The notes: generated by a model not told the origin, from the letters alone. Counted from the first letter of the stretch, positions 29,957-40,285 are shown. The stretch is 64,000 nucleotides of DNA from Candidatus Bathyarchaeota archaeon (GCA_963775685.1 CAVZJV010000014.1:2176001-2240000); one strand, 5' to 3'. A program made the numbers and translations.

Positions 29957-32368
29957 TTGGTTAACCAACTGCCCATAGAGAAATTGAGGAATGTTTGTGA
30001 TGCTAATTTTCTGCATTGTGAATCAACCAAGGACCTTGTTCCGCTTAACGAAATCATAGGTCAAGAAAGAGCTGTACGAGCACTAAAATTTGGACTCGGC
30101 ATAAAAAACCATGGCTTCAACGTATACGTAGCCGGTTATCCCGGAACGGGAAGAAAAACCGCAGTGAAAAACTTTGTCGAGGTCCAAGCTAAAACCCAGC
30201 CTGTTCCACCTGATTGGTGCTACGTGAACAATTTCGGCAATCAGTATGAGCCACAAGCCATAAAGTTGCCAGCAGGAAAAGGCAAGGAATTCCGCGAAGA
30301 CATGAAAAACTTGATCGAGAATGTTAAGACGGCGCTTCCTAAGGCTTTTGAGAGTGAGGACTACGTTGCCAGAAGGGAAGCAACAATCAAAGGTTTAGAG
30401 AACCAGAGAAAAAAACTAATCGACGAGTTAAGCGGAAAAGCACAACGCGAAGGATTTGTAATTAAAACAACCCCCATAGGCATACTAATTATTCCTGTCT
30501 TAAATGGTAAACCACTTAGCGAAGAAGAAGTACTTGCGCTCCCCCAAAAAACCAAAGACCAGCTGAATGAGAAAAGGGAACAATTAGAAACAGAATTCAG
30601 AAACGCCATGCGACAACTAATTGACATGGAAAGAAAAATTCATGAAGCTCTAACGAAGCTAAACAAGGAGGTAGCCCTCTACGCTCTCGGAAATCAAGTA
30701 GAAAGCCTTAAAGTAAAATACCGAACTATCTCCGAAGCCACCAATTATCTAAAAGAAGTAGAAACTGACATCTTAGATAACTTGCAGCAGTTCATACATC
30801 GAGGTGAACCTGAACAGCAATTTCCTTTTCCAACGTCATGGATGAAAGAGGAACCCTATAAAAAATATGAAGTAAATCTAATCATTGACAACTCCAACAC
30901 GACTGGAGCACCAGTAGTTATGGAAACCAACCCTACATACCACAACCTGCTTGGCAGAACCGAAAAAGAAGCCCAGTTTGGCGCCCTTATCACTGATTTC
31001 CGGATGATCCGCGGAGGGGCAATACACCGAGCCAATGGTGGATACTTAATCGTTCCAGTTGAAGATTTGCTTAGAAACCCATTATCCTACGATGGATTGA
31101 AGCGAGATGTCCGAGATGGAAAAATGTCCATAGAGGAACCGGAAGAAAGATACGGATTTCTCAGCATAAAAACCCTCAAACCCCAACCAATTCCTTTAAC
31201 AGCTAAAATAATTCTCATAGGAACACCCTACTTATATCAGCTTATGTTCTCTTTAGACCCTGATTTTCAGGAACTCTTTAAGATAAAAGCAGAATTCGAC
31301 ACAACAATGGAAAGAACGGATGAAAAAATAAAGCAATATGCTGCGTTTGTGTGCGGACTTTGCGATAAAGAAGGGCTCAAGCACCTTGACGGCAGCGGTT
31401 TAGCGAAATTAGTTGAGTACAGCTCGAGAATAGTTGAAGATCAATACAAGCTATCAATACAGTTCTCTAACATCGCTGATATTATTCGCGAATCAAACTA
31501 TTACGCAGAACAAGAATATACTGAGTTAATAACAGGCGTCCATGTCAAGAAAGCCATAGAAGAAAAAATCTACCGCTCTAAGCTCATCCAAGAGAAAATC
31601 CAAGAAATGATAACCCGCGGCTTCTTCCTTATAGATACCACCGAAAAGAAAGTTGGACAAGTTAACGGCTTATCTGTTATGGGGTTAGGCGACTTTTCTT
31701 TCGGCATGCCTTCACGGGTAACCGCAAGTATCGGTTTAGGCAGGGAAGGCGTAATGGATATTGAACGGGAAGCGAAAATGGGTGGTCCAATCCACACCAA
31801 AGGCGTATTGATCCTCAGCGGCTACATAAATGACAAATATGCTCGAGATAGGCCTTTGAGTCTCTCAGCAAGACTGGTTTTTGAGCAGAACTACGCGGGC
31901 GTGGAAGGCGACAGTGCATCTAGCACTGAGTTGTACTCCATCCTTTCGGCATTGAGTGGCTTGCCGATAAAGCAGAACCTTGCTGTCACCGGTTCGGTGA
32001 ACCAAAAAGGAGAGGTGCAAGCTATCGGCGGTGTAAACGAGAAAATCGAAGGCTTCTTTGAAGTCTGCAAAGCCAAAGGATTAACTGGCGAGCAAGGCGT
32101 AGTGATTCCTGAAAGCAACGTGCAGAACCTAATGCTTAAAGAAGAAGTCGTTGACGCGGTTAAAGCCGGAAAGTTCAACGTTTACTCGATTAAAACAATC
32201 AACGAAGGTATCGAAGTTCTTACTGGAGCAAAGGCTGGCGAGCGCAGGGCAGATGGAACCTACGAAGAAGGCACAGTTAATTACCTAGTGGACAAGCAGC
32301 TTCGCGAGATGGCGGAAAAACTAAAAGAATACCCCCCTTCGACAGGACAGACTAAAAAGATTGAGTAA
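29957..32368 (+). CDS. Lon-family protease, LonC-like (soluble, coiled-coil insertion)
   Basis: IIGQERA, GYPGTGRKT, HRANGGYL, GDSAS and GGVNEKIEG Ser-Lys dyad; AGGAGG RBS before TTG 29957. Confidence 0.88.
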   Translation: MVNQLPIEKLRNVCDANFLHCESTKDLVPLNEIIGQERAVRALKFGLGIKNHGFNVYVAGYPGTGRKTAVKNFVEVQAKTQPVPPDWCYVNNFGNQYEPQAIKLPAGKGKEFREDMKNLIENVKTALPKAFESEDYVARREATIKGLENQRKKLIDELSGKAQREGFVIKTTPIGILIIPVLNGKPLSEEEVLALPQKTKDQLNEKREQLETEFRNAMRQLIDMERKIHEALTKLNKEVALYALGNQVESLKVKYRTISEATNYLKEVETDILDNLQQFIHRGEPEQQFPFPTSWMKEEPYKKYEVNLIIDNSNTTGAPVVMETNPTYHNLLGRTEKEAQFGALITDFRMIRGGAIHRANGGYLIVPVEDLLRNPLSYDGLKRDVRDGKMSIEEPEERYGFLSIKTLKPQPIPLTAKIILIGTPYLYQLMFSLDPDFQELFKIKAEFDTTMERTDEKIKQYAAFVCGLCDKEGLKHLDGSGLAKLVEYSSRIVEDQYKLSIQFSNIADIIRESNYYAEQEYTELITGVHVKKAIEEKIYRSKLIQEKIQEMITRGFFLIDTTEKKVGQVNGLSVMGLGDFSFGMPSRVTASIGLGREGVMDIEREAKMGGPIHTKGVLILSGYINDKYARDRPLSLSARLVFEQNYAGVEGDSASSTELYSILSALSGLPIKQNLAVTGSVNQKGEVQAIGGVNEKIEGFFEVCKAKGLTGEQGVVIPESNVQNLMLKEEVVDAVKAGKFNVYSIKTINEGIEVLTGAKAGERRADGTYEEGTVNYLVDKQLREMAEKLKEYPPSTGQTKKIE

Positions 32369-32457
32369 GCAAAAAATTTTAGACCCCTTCCTTTTTTATT
32401 GATTTTCAATCTTTATTCTAATAAATCAAACCTTATTGTCAATCAGCATGGTAATAA

Positions 32458-32700
32458 ATGGTTACAAATTTGTACAAAAAACGCCTCGCAAACGTAGCAA
32501 AGGATAGTCATTACTTCTACCTGTGCTCATTTTCATTGGCTTAATTGGGTGGCTAATGTACACTTAGGTAACCCCGAAAAGCCACAAGCATCCCGAAAAA
32601 CACCCAAAAATGACAACGTGCCCCTGTTGCCCATTTTCGGTGAACAACAAGAAATAAATGTACATAACATAACACAACAAGGAACCACTAATTCTTATCA
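32458..32700 (+). pseudogene. Small single-TM protein, frameshifted
   Basis: Basic N-terminus, LPVLIFIGLIGWLMY helix and KNDNV..LPIFGEQQEI tail in different frames. Confidence 0.35.
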
Positions 32701-32804
32701 TTCGCCAATTTTAAAGGCAGACTCGGATTCAGAGCTCGCATGCTTGTTGCTACACGAGCACACCCACAACTTCATTTATAGTCGGAAAATAATTGTTATC
32801 TTGC

Positions 32805-32960
32805 GAGAAATAGCCATCCAAGAGGTACACCCATGCTTGACGGGTCAGCTGTTAACCACGACGCGAGTCGTTTCTGCCCCTAAAGAAGGATTAGGGAGCT
32901 ATTTTTGATTCGCGCCTTAGGGTAACATTGGCGATCCGTCAAGCCTACTTTTGGTTACAA
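32805..32960 (+). ncRNA. Candidate rod-shaped structured ncRNA
   Basis: Five nested stems spanning 32818-32954 with G-U pairs on the + strand; TTTATA at 32775-32780. Confidence 0.55.
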
Positions 32961-33036
32961 CGTTCAAACATAATATAGTCGGTTTCGGGTATATAATTTA
33001 TTAAGGAAGATGCTCTGCTGTCTTGCGTGAGCATCT

Positions 33037-33390
33037 TTGAGTTATAAAGAACGTATGCATCCTAAAGTCAGTAGAGCAGAAATCGAAGTTTTCAAATCTT
33101 TAAGCATGTTAGGATTAACCAGTGGTATGGTTACACAGCAACACATTATCTTAAAATCCACAATTCCTGACTTTTGCTGGATGGAAAAACGCAAAATCGT
33201 CTACTTAGATGGTAACCCAGTGCATAGAAAAGACAAACAAATTGAACGCGACGAAGAAATCGACAACCTCCTAACCTCACAAGGCTGGGATGTACTCAGA
33301 ATTCCATATGACCCGCCTTTAACAGATAAAGGGTTGCAAGAAATTATGGTAACCATAAAACGGTTTTTGAATGTTGACGAGGAAGAATGA
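33037..33390 (+). CDS. Small PD-(D/E)XK endonuclease (DUF559/Vsr-like)
   Basis: SRAE, PDF, YLDG..VH, RD..I...L...GW.VLRI. Confidence 0.8.
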   Translation: MSYKERMHPKVSRAEIEVFKSLSMLGLTSGMVTQQHIILKSTIPDFCWMEKRKIVYLDGNPVHRKDKQIERDEEIDNLLTSQGWDVLRIPYDPPLTDKGLQEIMVTIKRFLNVDEEE

Positions 33391-33699
33391 GCAGAATTAT
33401 TTCCTCTAAACATGAAACTCGCAAGGCGAACGGTAAAATTAATTCCTGACTTTCACCTATTCCGTGCGCTTTTGAAACGCTGCCAAGAAAGAATCTCAAA
33501 ACAGAAAAAGGAAAGAATATCTTGAAAATATTGCAAACTTATTGAAAAGATCTACAACCAAAAACTACTTCAACTTTCTTTCGGGTTATGCTGTTAACAT
33601 ATTGTCCAAAAACCCCACGGGCTTCATTAATCAAGATTTAAGCAATAGCTCATAAATTCCCAGAAAAACCCCGAACTTTAAAAGGCGCCGGGTGGGTTC

Positions 33700-34080
33700 A
33701 TTTCAATTGCAAAAGTGGTCCACGGCTCAAAAGGGCAAGTAAAGCTCGACATAAATGGAGTCCAAAAATAATCTCCTCCTCTGACAAGTTTAACCAAAAA
33801 ACAGTTTTTGGTTACGCTTAAACTCGCAGCTGTCATTTTGTTATAGGAACGACAAGTTTTAAATCCTAAATGGAATGGTTACATCAGTAATCTTCTTAGG
33901 GGAACAATTGTCGAAATTACCTTTTGATGAAATCAATTGCCCAAGTCATTGTTGATGTGGGATTTCCAATAAAATCTAAGCTACCGTCAAGTTCGCTTGG
34001 CGATTTGGGTGTTGCTGAGGGAGAAGTTGTTTATGTGCAATTCAAGGGTAGGCACTTTGAATGTATCTCTTTAAAACAAT
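33700..34080 (+). pseudogene. Remnant of ABC ATPase C-terminus with TOBE domain
   Basis: VIVDVGFPIKSKL..SSL.DLGV.EGEVVYVQFK in a broken frame. Confidence 0.4.
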
Positions 34081-34901
34081 TTTGAGTTGTAATAGTAAAA
34101 CAATCTTGTATTGCCTGCTTTTTGAAATTAATAATCAATAGCGTGATTCGGGGTGTGTTCTTTTTAATTTAGGCTGTTCTAATTAGTAGAAGAAGAAGGT
34201 TGATGGGGGCGCTTCTTCTTCTTTCAGTTAACTGGTTGCTTCTGATTTGGTCAGGAGAACAATAATGTGCTACCGACTGTTGTTGTTATTTTGTAAGTTC
34301 TGAAATAGATTGAAAGAAGAAAGGGGTATGTTGCAGGAATTTAGCTGTTTTTTTCTTCTATTATTTTATTGCCTTGCTATAGATAATGAGTGATCGGCAT
34401 TCTGGGTTTACAACTCCAATTTATGGTCTATTTCTCCCCTTCGCAAAAGTAGTTATTTCCAAGAGACATTCTTGCTTCTTGACTAAGGCTCATTTTCTTC
34501 CACGTACAATAGTTAGAGTAGCAATCAGTTCATAGCACACATCGCTACTTTTCCTCAGAGGCTAAATAAATCAGCACCGAATGGAGATTACACGCGTTGC
34601 AGTGAGATTGTTTAAAATTTTGGGAATATCGCCCCTAAGTGTTTTTATGAATCACAGATTTTACAACAGTTGTGCAGTAGCAATGTTTGCATTGTGAATA
34701 TGCGTCACATATTTCACAATTTGTATGAACAATTCTCAACTACCTTCTTATCCTCTCGCGTCCATTCAGCGGTTAGGAACGTGTGCAAATGAAAAAAACC
34801 TTCGGAAAGGAAACCAACTTTAAAAAAATTTGCCAAAAAAATAGCGAATCGCTAACAAACAGAAAAAACTAAAAGGATACTTGTTTGCTTACTTCTTTAA
34901 T

Positions 34902-35679
34902 TCAACCCTTTCTCTTCTTCCCTTTGCTTGTCATTGCTTTTATTCCAATCGCAATAGTTTTGGTCTTTCCAATTAGACCACCTTTTAAACTGGCATTAGT
35001 CATATTCCTGTAATCGTTTTTAGATATTGGGACATCACTGATAGTTTGCATTATTTCAGGAGATACAACTCCAATCGTGAGCTCGGCACCAGCTTGTCTA
35101 ACTGCCTCAATATTGTGATCAAATAAATAGGGAACATTCGCTGCTCCAGCAGAGGGTATCAGAATTTCGCCAGCCCACGGTAATCCCATATTCATCATAA
35201 TTTTCTTGAAATGTTGACTCATTAACGTAAAATTCTCCATATCTGGGAAACCACAGGAGGAAACTAACACACCTTTTGCCTTAGGTGTAAACCCGATGGG
35301 GGTGATTAGTAATTCCGTTATCCATTAAAAACTGTGAAGATTCCAAGTTTATGAAGAACCGATCTATGACGTTTTTCACTGTGGCTGGAAAACCAAAAAC
35401 ATACACAGGTGCCGCAATTATGAAGTAATCACACCTTTTGTAAATGTCATAAATTAGTTGAAAATCGTCTTTCTGGATACATTCCCCTTTGTTTTTTCCT
35501 TGCCAGCACCTCCCACAGCTTGTGCAGGGTCCAATTTTCATCTTATGCGGATAAAACTTGTGAACTTCCATTTCACCCATTCCTTCAAGCAAGGTGTCTA
35601 ATATTTTCTCGGTAAAAGATTGGCTTCTCAGAGAGCCTGAAATTACCAAAACTGTCGGTTTCTTTTTGTTAGACATCAT
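34902..35679 (-). CDS. Flavodoxin-fold NADPH-dependent FMN reductase / iron-sulfur flavoprotein-like (split by an indel at ~35285)
   Basis: ISGSLR, CTSCGRCW..C..KDDF, APVY and KNVIDR; continues LVSSCGFP in the next ORF. Confidence 0.75.
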
Positions 35680-35978
35680 TGATCACAACTCCATTTTAGG
35701 TCAATTTGTCTTTTCAAACGTCTTTAGCCATTAGCAAAGTACCTTTTCTTCAATAAATAAGAGTTACATCTTAAATGGAGCCCCATAAGGGAACCAAACC
35801 CTATCCACCATGTCAAAAATTGAACTGGGGATGGCTTTTGAGTTGAAGTACGTTATCTAACCTGTTAGGGCTCGAACAGGTTGTCAGCTTTTTCCAAGAT
35901 TCTGCAGGTTGCAAATCACAAATTTGAAATAACGTCAAATATATCACTTTAGACAAATAATCTCAAAAACAACCCTAA

Positions 35979-36005
35979 CTGGTAATTGTCGCCGGGGAGT
36001 GGGAT
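35979..36005 (-). repeat. Degenerate duplicate of tRNA-Ser 3' end (att-like)
   Basis: CTGGTAATTGTCGCCGGGGAGTGGGAT vs CTGGTAAATTGGCGCCGGGAGGGGGAT at 40163-40189. Confidence 0.55.
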
Positions 36006-36049
36006 CCCAGCACCCTTTTTACCAGTAAAATTAATTTCAAGAAAGTCTA

Positions 36050-36102
36050 CTGGGATTAGCTTAATATTTTAAGCGAATCTTGTTCAAAACAGACACAAAA
36101 TT
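36050..36102 (+). repeat. Imperfect direct repeat copy A with GCTTAA-N4-TTAAGC core
   Basis: Aligns with 38004-38052. Confidence 0.7.
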
Positions 36103-36298
36103 AATGTTGAGGCCACAGGGGGCATACCAAAACGGGGCTCAGCTCTATCGCCAATTTATCAGAGCTTCGCAAGCCCAACTGCTACAAAAAATAGATAAAT
36201 CCAGCTTCAAAACAAAAAAAGTTAGGAAACGAACATGTAGAACTGCATTTCGGAATGCTTTTTTCAGAAAGTTTGCACAGAGTGTGTCCAGCACGGAA

Positions 36299-36600
36299 TC
36301 AGCTGAATTTGGGAAATCTGACTTTTCCAACATACTGGAGAATCCATTTTACAAGCTCATCGTAGGTGTCAACTCCAAGCTTTGTAAGGGAGGCGTCATC
36401 GTTTGAATCGAACTGAATTAATCCCTTATCTGACATCCAAGTCAGATACTTTATCAGCCGGTCATAGGACAAACCTGTAGCTGTGGCAAGAGCAGTTTTG
36501 TTTGTTTTGCTCTGTTCTTTTAGGGTTTTAATTACCCTTGCCAGGACATAGAGGTCAGGCTTTGAAATCGACTCTCCTGAATTCACTGTCAAACCACCGA
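36299..36600 (-). CDS. Winged-helix DNA-binding protein
   Basis: KPDLYVLARVI, KTALATATGLSYDRLIKYLTWM.DKGLI, LTKLG; true start probably ~36586-36600. Confidence 0.75.
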
Positions 36601-37223
36601 AGCTCCCACAGAAGCGAGTCAAGACGCCCAACCTGTGCATAACGATAACGAAGGTCTTTCATGCTTAGAATCAAAACAAGAACCAGAGGAATCACAACCA
36701 TCGAAATTGGGTCGAAACTCAAATGAACTGTATTTTGAATCACCCCTACCAAAACACCGAAGAAAAAGAAGACCAATACCCAGTAAGCAAGTATCTTCAC
36801 GGCTCCATAAATTACGAACCCAAGTTTTGCAAACCTTATATCGCTAAAGGTTTTTTCCCAGTTTGTTTCTTGCAGAAGCTTTATTGCACCCGGCGTTCCG
36901 TCATCCAATGTGCTTTTCCACTGCATAATTATTACGGAACTCAATTTCCGTCGAACCCATAAAACTCCAAAAATCACTCCAAAAAAAAGAACTACTGCAC
37001 TGTAAGAAGGAAGCACAAGTGAAATTCCCGGATAAACAATGCTTTGCCCATAAAAAACATCCAGTAAGTTAACGATGATGTATCCTGCCTCTAAAGCAAT
37101 TATCGAAGCTAAAACTATTATTACAAAATCCGACATGGCACTAGAGAGTTTTCGGTAGGCTTTAACCTGATCCAACACGGTCATGAACTCAGTCATTTTG
37201 GCTGTAAGGTTCTCTTCTGTCAA
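36555..37223 (-). CDS. Hypothetical 4-TM membrane protein
   Basis: Four hydrophobic helices; overlaps both neighbours (operon). Confidence 0.65.
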   Translation of the reverse strand: MTEENLTAKMTEFMTVLDQVKAYRKLSSAMSDFVIIVLASIIALEAGYIIVNLLDVFYGQSIVYPGISLVLPSYSAVVLFFGVIFGVLWVRRKLSSVIIMQWKSTLDDGTPGAIKLLQETNWEKTFSDIRFAKLGFVIYGAVKILAYWVLVFFFFGVLVGVIQNTVHLSFDPISMVVIPLVLVLILSMKDLRYRYAQVGRLDSLLWELRWFDSEFRRVDFKA

Positions 37224-37720
37224 AGTTCCACACCGTACCCTTGAATGCTAACTTGAGCGTTTCCTTGAACAAGAAACCAGTAGACTGAAATTCCTACCGA
37301 GGATCCCGTGTAAGTTTGATATTGAGAAAGGACCTGTTGGAAGGTGGTGCTGCTGTTTGATACGAACTCTACATCTATTGGATGATTATTTGAAATGTTA
37401 ATGCCTTCAGTTTGAAGAGCAAAGCTTCCTGTATTTGACCCAGTCCTTGGTAGGATAACGGAGAATTTATAGTGCGTCATTGCAGGTACATTAGTTGAGG
37501 TTCCGTTTGGAAATATCAGCGTCGTATTAGATTGTCTATTGATGACTTGGGCGAATATGTCAATTTCAACCCTAAGATGAGCGTTGGCTGCCTTTGAAAT
37601 CACCACGGTAGTTGAGTCACCTGCCCAAGTGTTAACATCAAGAGAGTGAAAGGAAGATAGAACGGCTACTTGGCTAGACACAATAATAATTAATGCCAAG
37701 AGCAGCCAGAGTTTTTTCAT
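37220..37720 (-). CDS. Secreted beta-rich hypothetical protein
   Basis: MKK plus hydrophobic signal; N-glycosylation sequons. Confidence 0.6.
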   Translation of the reverse strand: MKKLWLLLALIIIVSSQVAVLSSFHSLDVNTWAGDSTTVVISKAANAHLRVEIDIFAQVINRQSNTTLIFPNGTSTNVPAMTHYKFSVILPRTGSNTGSFALQTEGINISNNHPIDVEFVSNSSTTFQQVLSQYQTYTGSSVGISVYWFLVQGNAQVSIQGYGVEL

Positions 37721-38003
37721 GAATCCTATTAATGGGGCTGTGAATATAAGGGAAACTCACCCTCGAAGAGTATGTTAACCGCGTTTTGCCCAAGCACTGT
37801 TCAGGAGTATTTTCATACGGAGGCTGCTGTAGTGAGTTAATCTTAAAAATAGTGTGGTTATTAAGCTCAAGATTTGGACAACCATATTATGCTCATAACA
37901 TGACTCCTGAAAATGGTCTAACTCTTGGGCACACTATCAAAAAGCGAGAACAAGCATGCGCTATGTAGGATGCGCCTAATGGAAAAGAAATAGAACGGAC
38001 CCG

Positions 38004-38052
38004 CTGGGATGCGCTTAAATTATTAAGCGAATCCTTTCAAAGACACAAAATT
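38004..38052 (+). repeat. Imperfect direct repeat copy B
   Basis: CTGGGATGCGCTTAAATTATTAAGCGAATCCTTTCAAAGACACAAAATT, abutting tRNA-3'-like GGACCCGCTGGGAT. Confidence 0.7.
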
Positions 38053-38609
38053 GCTGGTGAAGCAGAAGGACCGAATAACAAAACGAGCCTATCATGCGTT
38101 ATGTTATCAATAGATAATATCTGTTAAAGGCGAGAGTTCGAACCAAAGATCTGTCTCGCTTTAGGTTTTAATACTGTTAAATAAGCACATTAAAGATAGT
38201 TGTTTTCAGATGAAGCCAAAGAATCCCGAGAATTAACAAGCATTTGGAAAAAGAGTTTGGCGAACATGTTGCGGAGCAGAGAGGCTGTCTCTGGGCTAAG
38301 GGCAAGCTTTGGCGTAGCGGTTTACAAGGTATCCGAGAAGGATTTGATGGTTGAAGGTATTGCTCTGAATAGAACTTCTGAGGAGGAGTTCTAGCTGAGT
38401 GTGAGCGACAGATTCTACGGTTGCACGCTGAGGGCTTAAGTATTATCGGATTGCGCGTAAATTGAATATGGAAATGCCTAATGTCAAGCGTTCTAGAAAG
38501 AATGCTTTAAAGAAACTTGAACTCGCAAGGGCTGATTTAGAGTTTTTCGACTGCACCAAATCAAAGCGGTTTCGAACGTAAGCCATTTAATGGTTTCCTA
38601 TAGCCGCGG

Positions 38610-39043
38610 TTACTGATGTTTTGTCTTAGCTACAGATCCCCAAATAAGCAATAGAGTGGCTGCAATGAGCACTAAGCCTGACAAACCTGCCATCACTCCA
38701 TCCGCGATGGGGCTTTTGCCTGCATATTGATGTGCCAACCCTGCGATGGTGGCGCCGAGGGTAGATCCGAATGCCACTGTGGCTGCGGCTCCATTTCCCA
38801 AACTTGGTAATCGAAATGAAATAATTACCGCTAATACCGTGATTGTAAGCAACAGTATCTTTGCAAGGGCATGGAAAACCAAGAATCCAAAGTCATAGGG
38901 GATGCCTGCAACCCTTTGATCCGCTAGCAGTGATCCTGATGCAATCTCCATTGCTAAGAAAACGATGATTGGAATTGATAAGATTCGAAGACTTTTACTT
39001 TTCGGTTGATCTCCCTTAAGCTCTTTTGAATGTCCTCATTCAT
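38610..39043 (-). CDS. Small 4-TM membrane protein (N-terminus frameshifted), divergent from TetR
   Basis: Hydrophobic ORF 38610-38951 with an upstream out-of-frame start. Confidence 0.5.
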
Positions 39044-39194
39044 AACGATTACCCTAATTTTCATATTAACCTTGATTTACTATATTAACCTTAGTTTAAT
39101 TAGTTGGGCGTGAAGGGAAGACATATAGAAGAAGAAATGTTTGTATTTGTCAACATAGGAAGAATCGCCTTTCTTAGTCTAAGAGAGATTAATG

Positions 39195-39775
39195 ATGCCT
39201 CGAATAATTGCTAATTATAAGAGTCAAGCAAAAGCACTATTATTGAAGCAGGACTAGCTGAATTCTCAAAGCGAGGTTATCGGAATACAACGATGGAGGA
39301 AATCGCAAACAAGGTAGGAGTAACAAAGGGGAACCTATATCACTATTTTCCTAGCAAGCTAGCTCTTCTTCGCGAAATATTCTTAACACTGCAGCAAGGT
39401 TTTCTCCAATCTCTTCTTGAAGGCTTAGTTAAAGCTGACTCTTTGGAGGCACTGATAGGTGCTGTCGAGCGAATTCTGGACAAGCAGAATCCTAGTGCCG
39501 AAGTCAATCTTTGGTTCGACCTGTTGGCTGAATCTACAGACGATTCGGAGGTAGAAACCCTCTTGAGAACGTTAAATGATGAATATCTGCAAGCGGTGAA
39601 GATGGCACTATCTCGTTTTCCTAAATCATCCAATTCTGGTTCGAACTCCTACGACTTTGCAATGTCAATTATGTTTCTACTTCATGGCGTGCTAGTAAAC
39701 ATTAAATTGGGCACACCTCGCGAGGCGATTCGAGGCACCCTTCGGGAAGGGATAAGGTCCATTCTGAGCTGCTGA
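39195..39775 (+). CDS. TetR/AcrR family regulator (1-nt indel in A-run ~39230)
   Basis: IIEAGLAEFSKRGY..TTMEEIA.KVGVTKGNLYHYFPSK. Confidence 0.85.
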
Positions 39776-40171
39776 GTTTACCCATATTCGCACTTCAGCC
39801 CCCACGAATTCTGGCAACCTTCAGTATCGTTGTATGTCGTGTTTGCGATAGAATCGTGTTTAGGCTCTCAAGCCATTAATGCTTAGTTTTGGATAATTTT
39901 TGCGATTTAGGGCTATATAATTGTGTGGCTGAGGTTGTAAGTAATATTCCTGGATGCATAGCCAGGAGTCGGCTTAGACAAACGGCAATTAAATAAACCT
40001 TACTGAAAAAGAGTAAGCTTTAATCTTAACTTTAGCATAAATCAATTCCTGCTCATTTTAAGGTGGTTTGCTTTTTCGAAGATTTTATATGTAATAAATC
40101 GCCGATCGGAAATAACTTCAAATATGTCAATTTTAGGCAGAATAAAATCAAAATAGCCATTGCTGGTAAAT

Positions 40172-40285
40172 TGGCGCCGGGAGGGGGATTTGAACCCCCG
40201 TGGCCCCGAGAGGCCACAAGCTGATTGGTGTCCTTTCAAAAGGACATCTCCAGGCTTGCTCCCTGCCTGGCTAGGAGACCCCGGC
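40172..40285 (-). tRNA. tRNA-Ser(GGA) with 25-nt intron at 37/38 (40223-40247), CCA encoded
   Basis: GCCGGGG acceptor, long variable arm TGGCC/GGCCA, GGTTCAAATCC, BHB-like motif around the intron. Confidence 0.93.

Larger units (their letters stand above)
35979..40190. mobile_element. Decayed island downstream of tRNA-Ser
   Basis: Degenerate copy of the tRNA-Ser 3' end at 35979-36005, internal direct repeats, accessory cargo; no integrase visible. Confidence 0.45.

Noticed and set aside
32549-32908. 119-aa ORF
   Set aside because: Chimera of a frameshifted small gene's tail read into the promoter and structured-RNA region; no coherent family features
34691-34720. Imperfect palindrome ATTGTGAATATG...CATATTTCACAAT
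   Set aside because: AT-rich, isolated, with no linked gene or second copy
35775-35801. Possible additional tRNA att scar (TGGAGCCCCATAAGGGAACCAAACCC)
   Set aside because: Too degenerate to distinguish from chance
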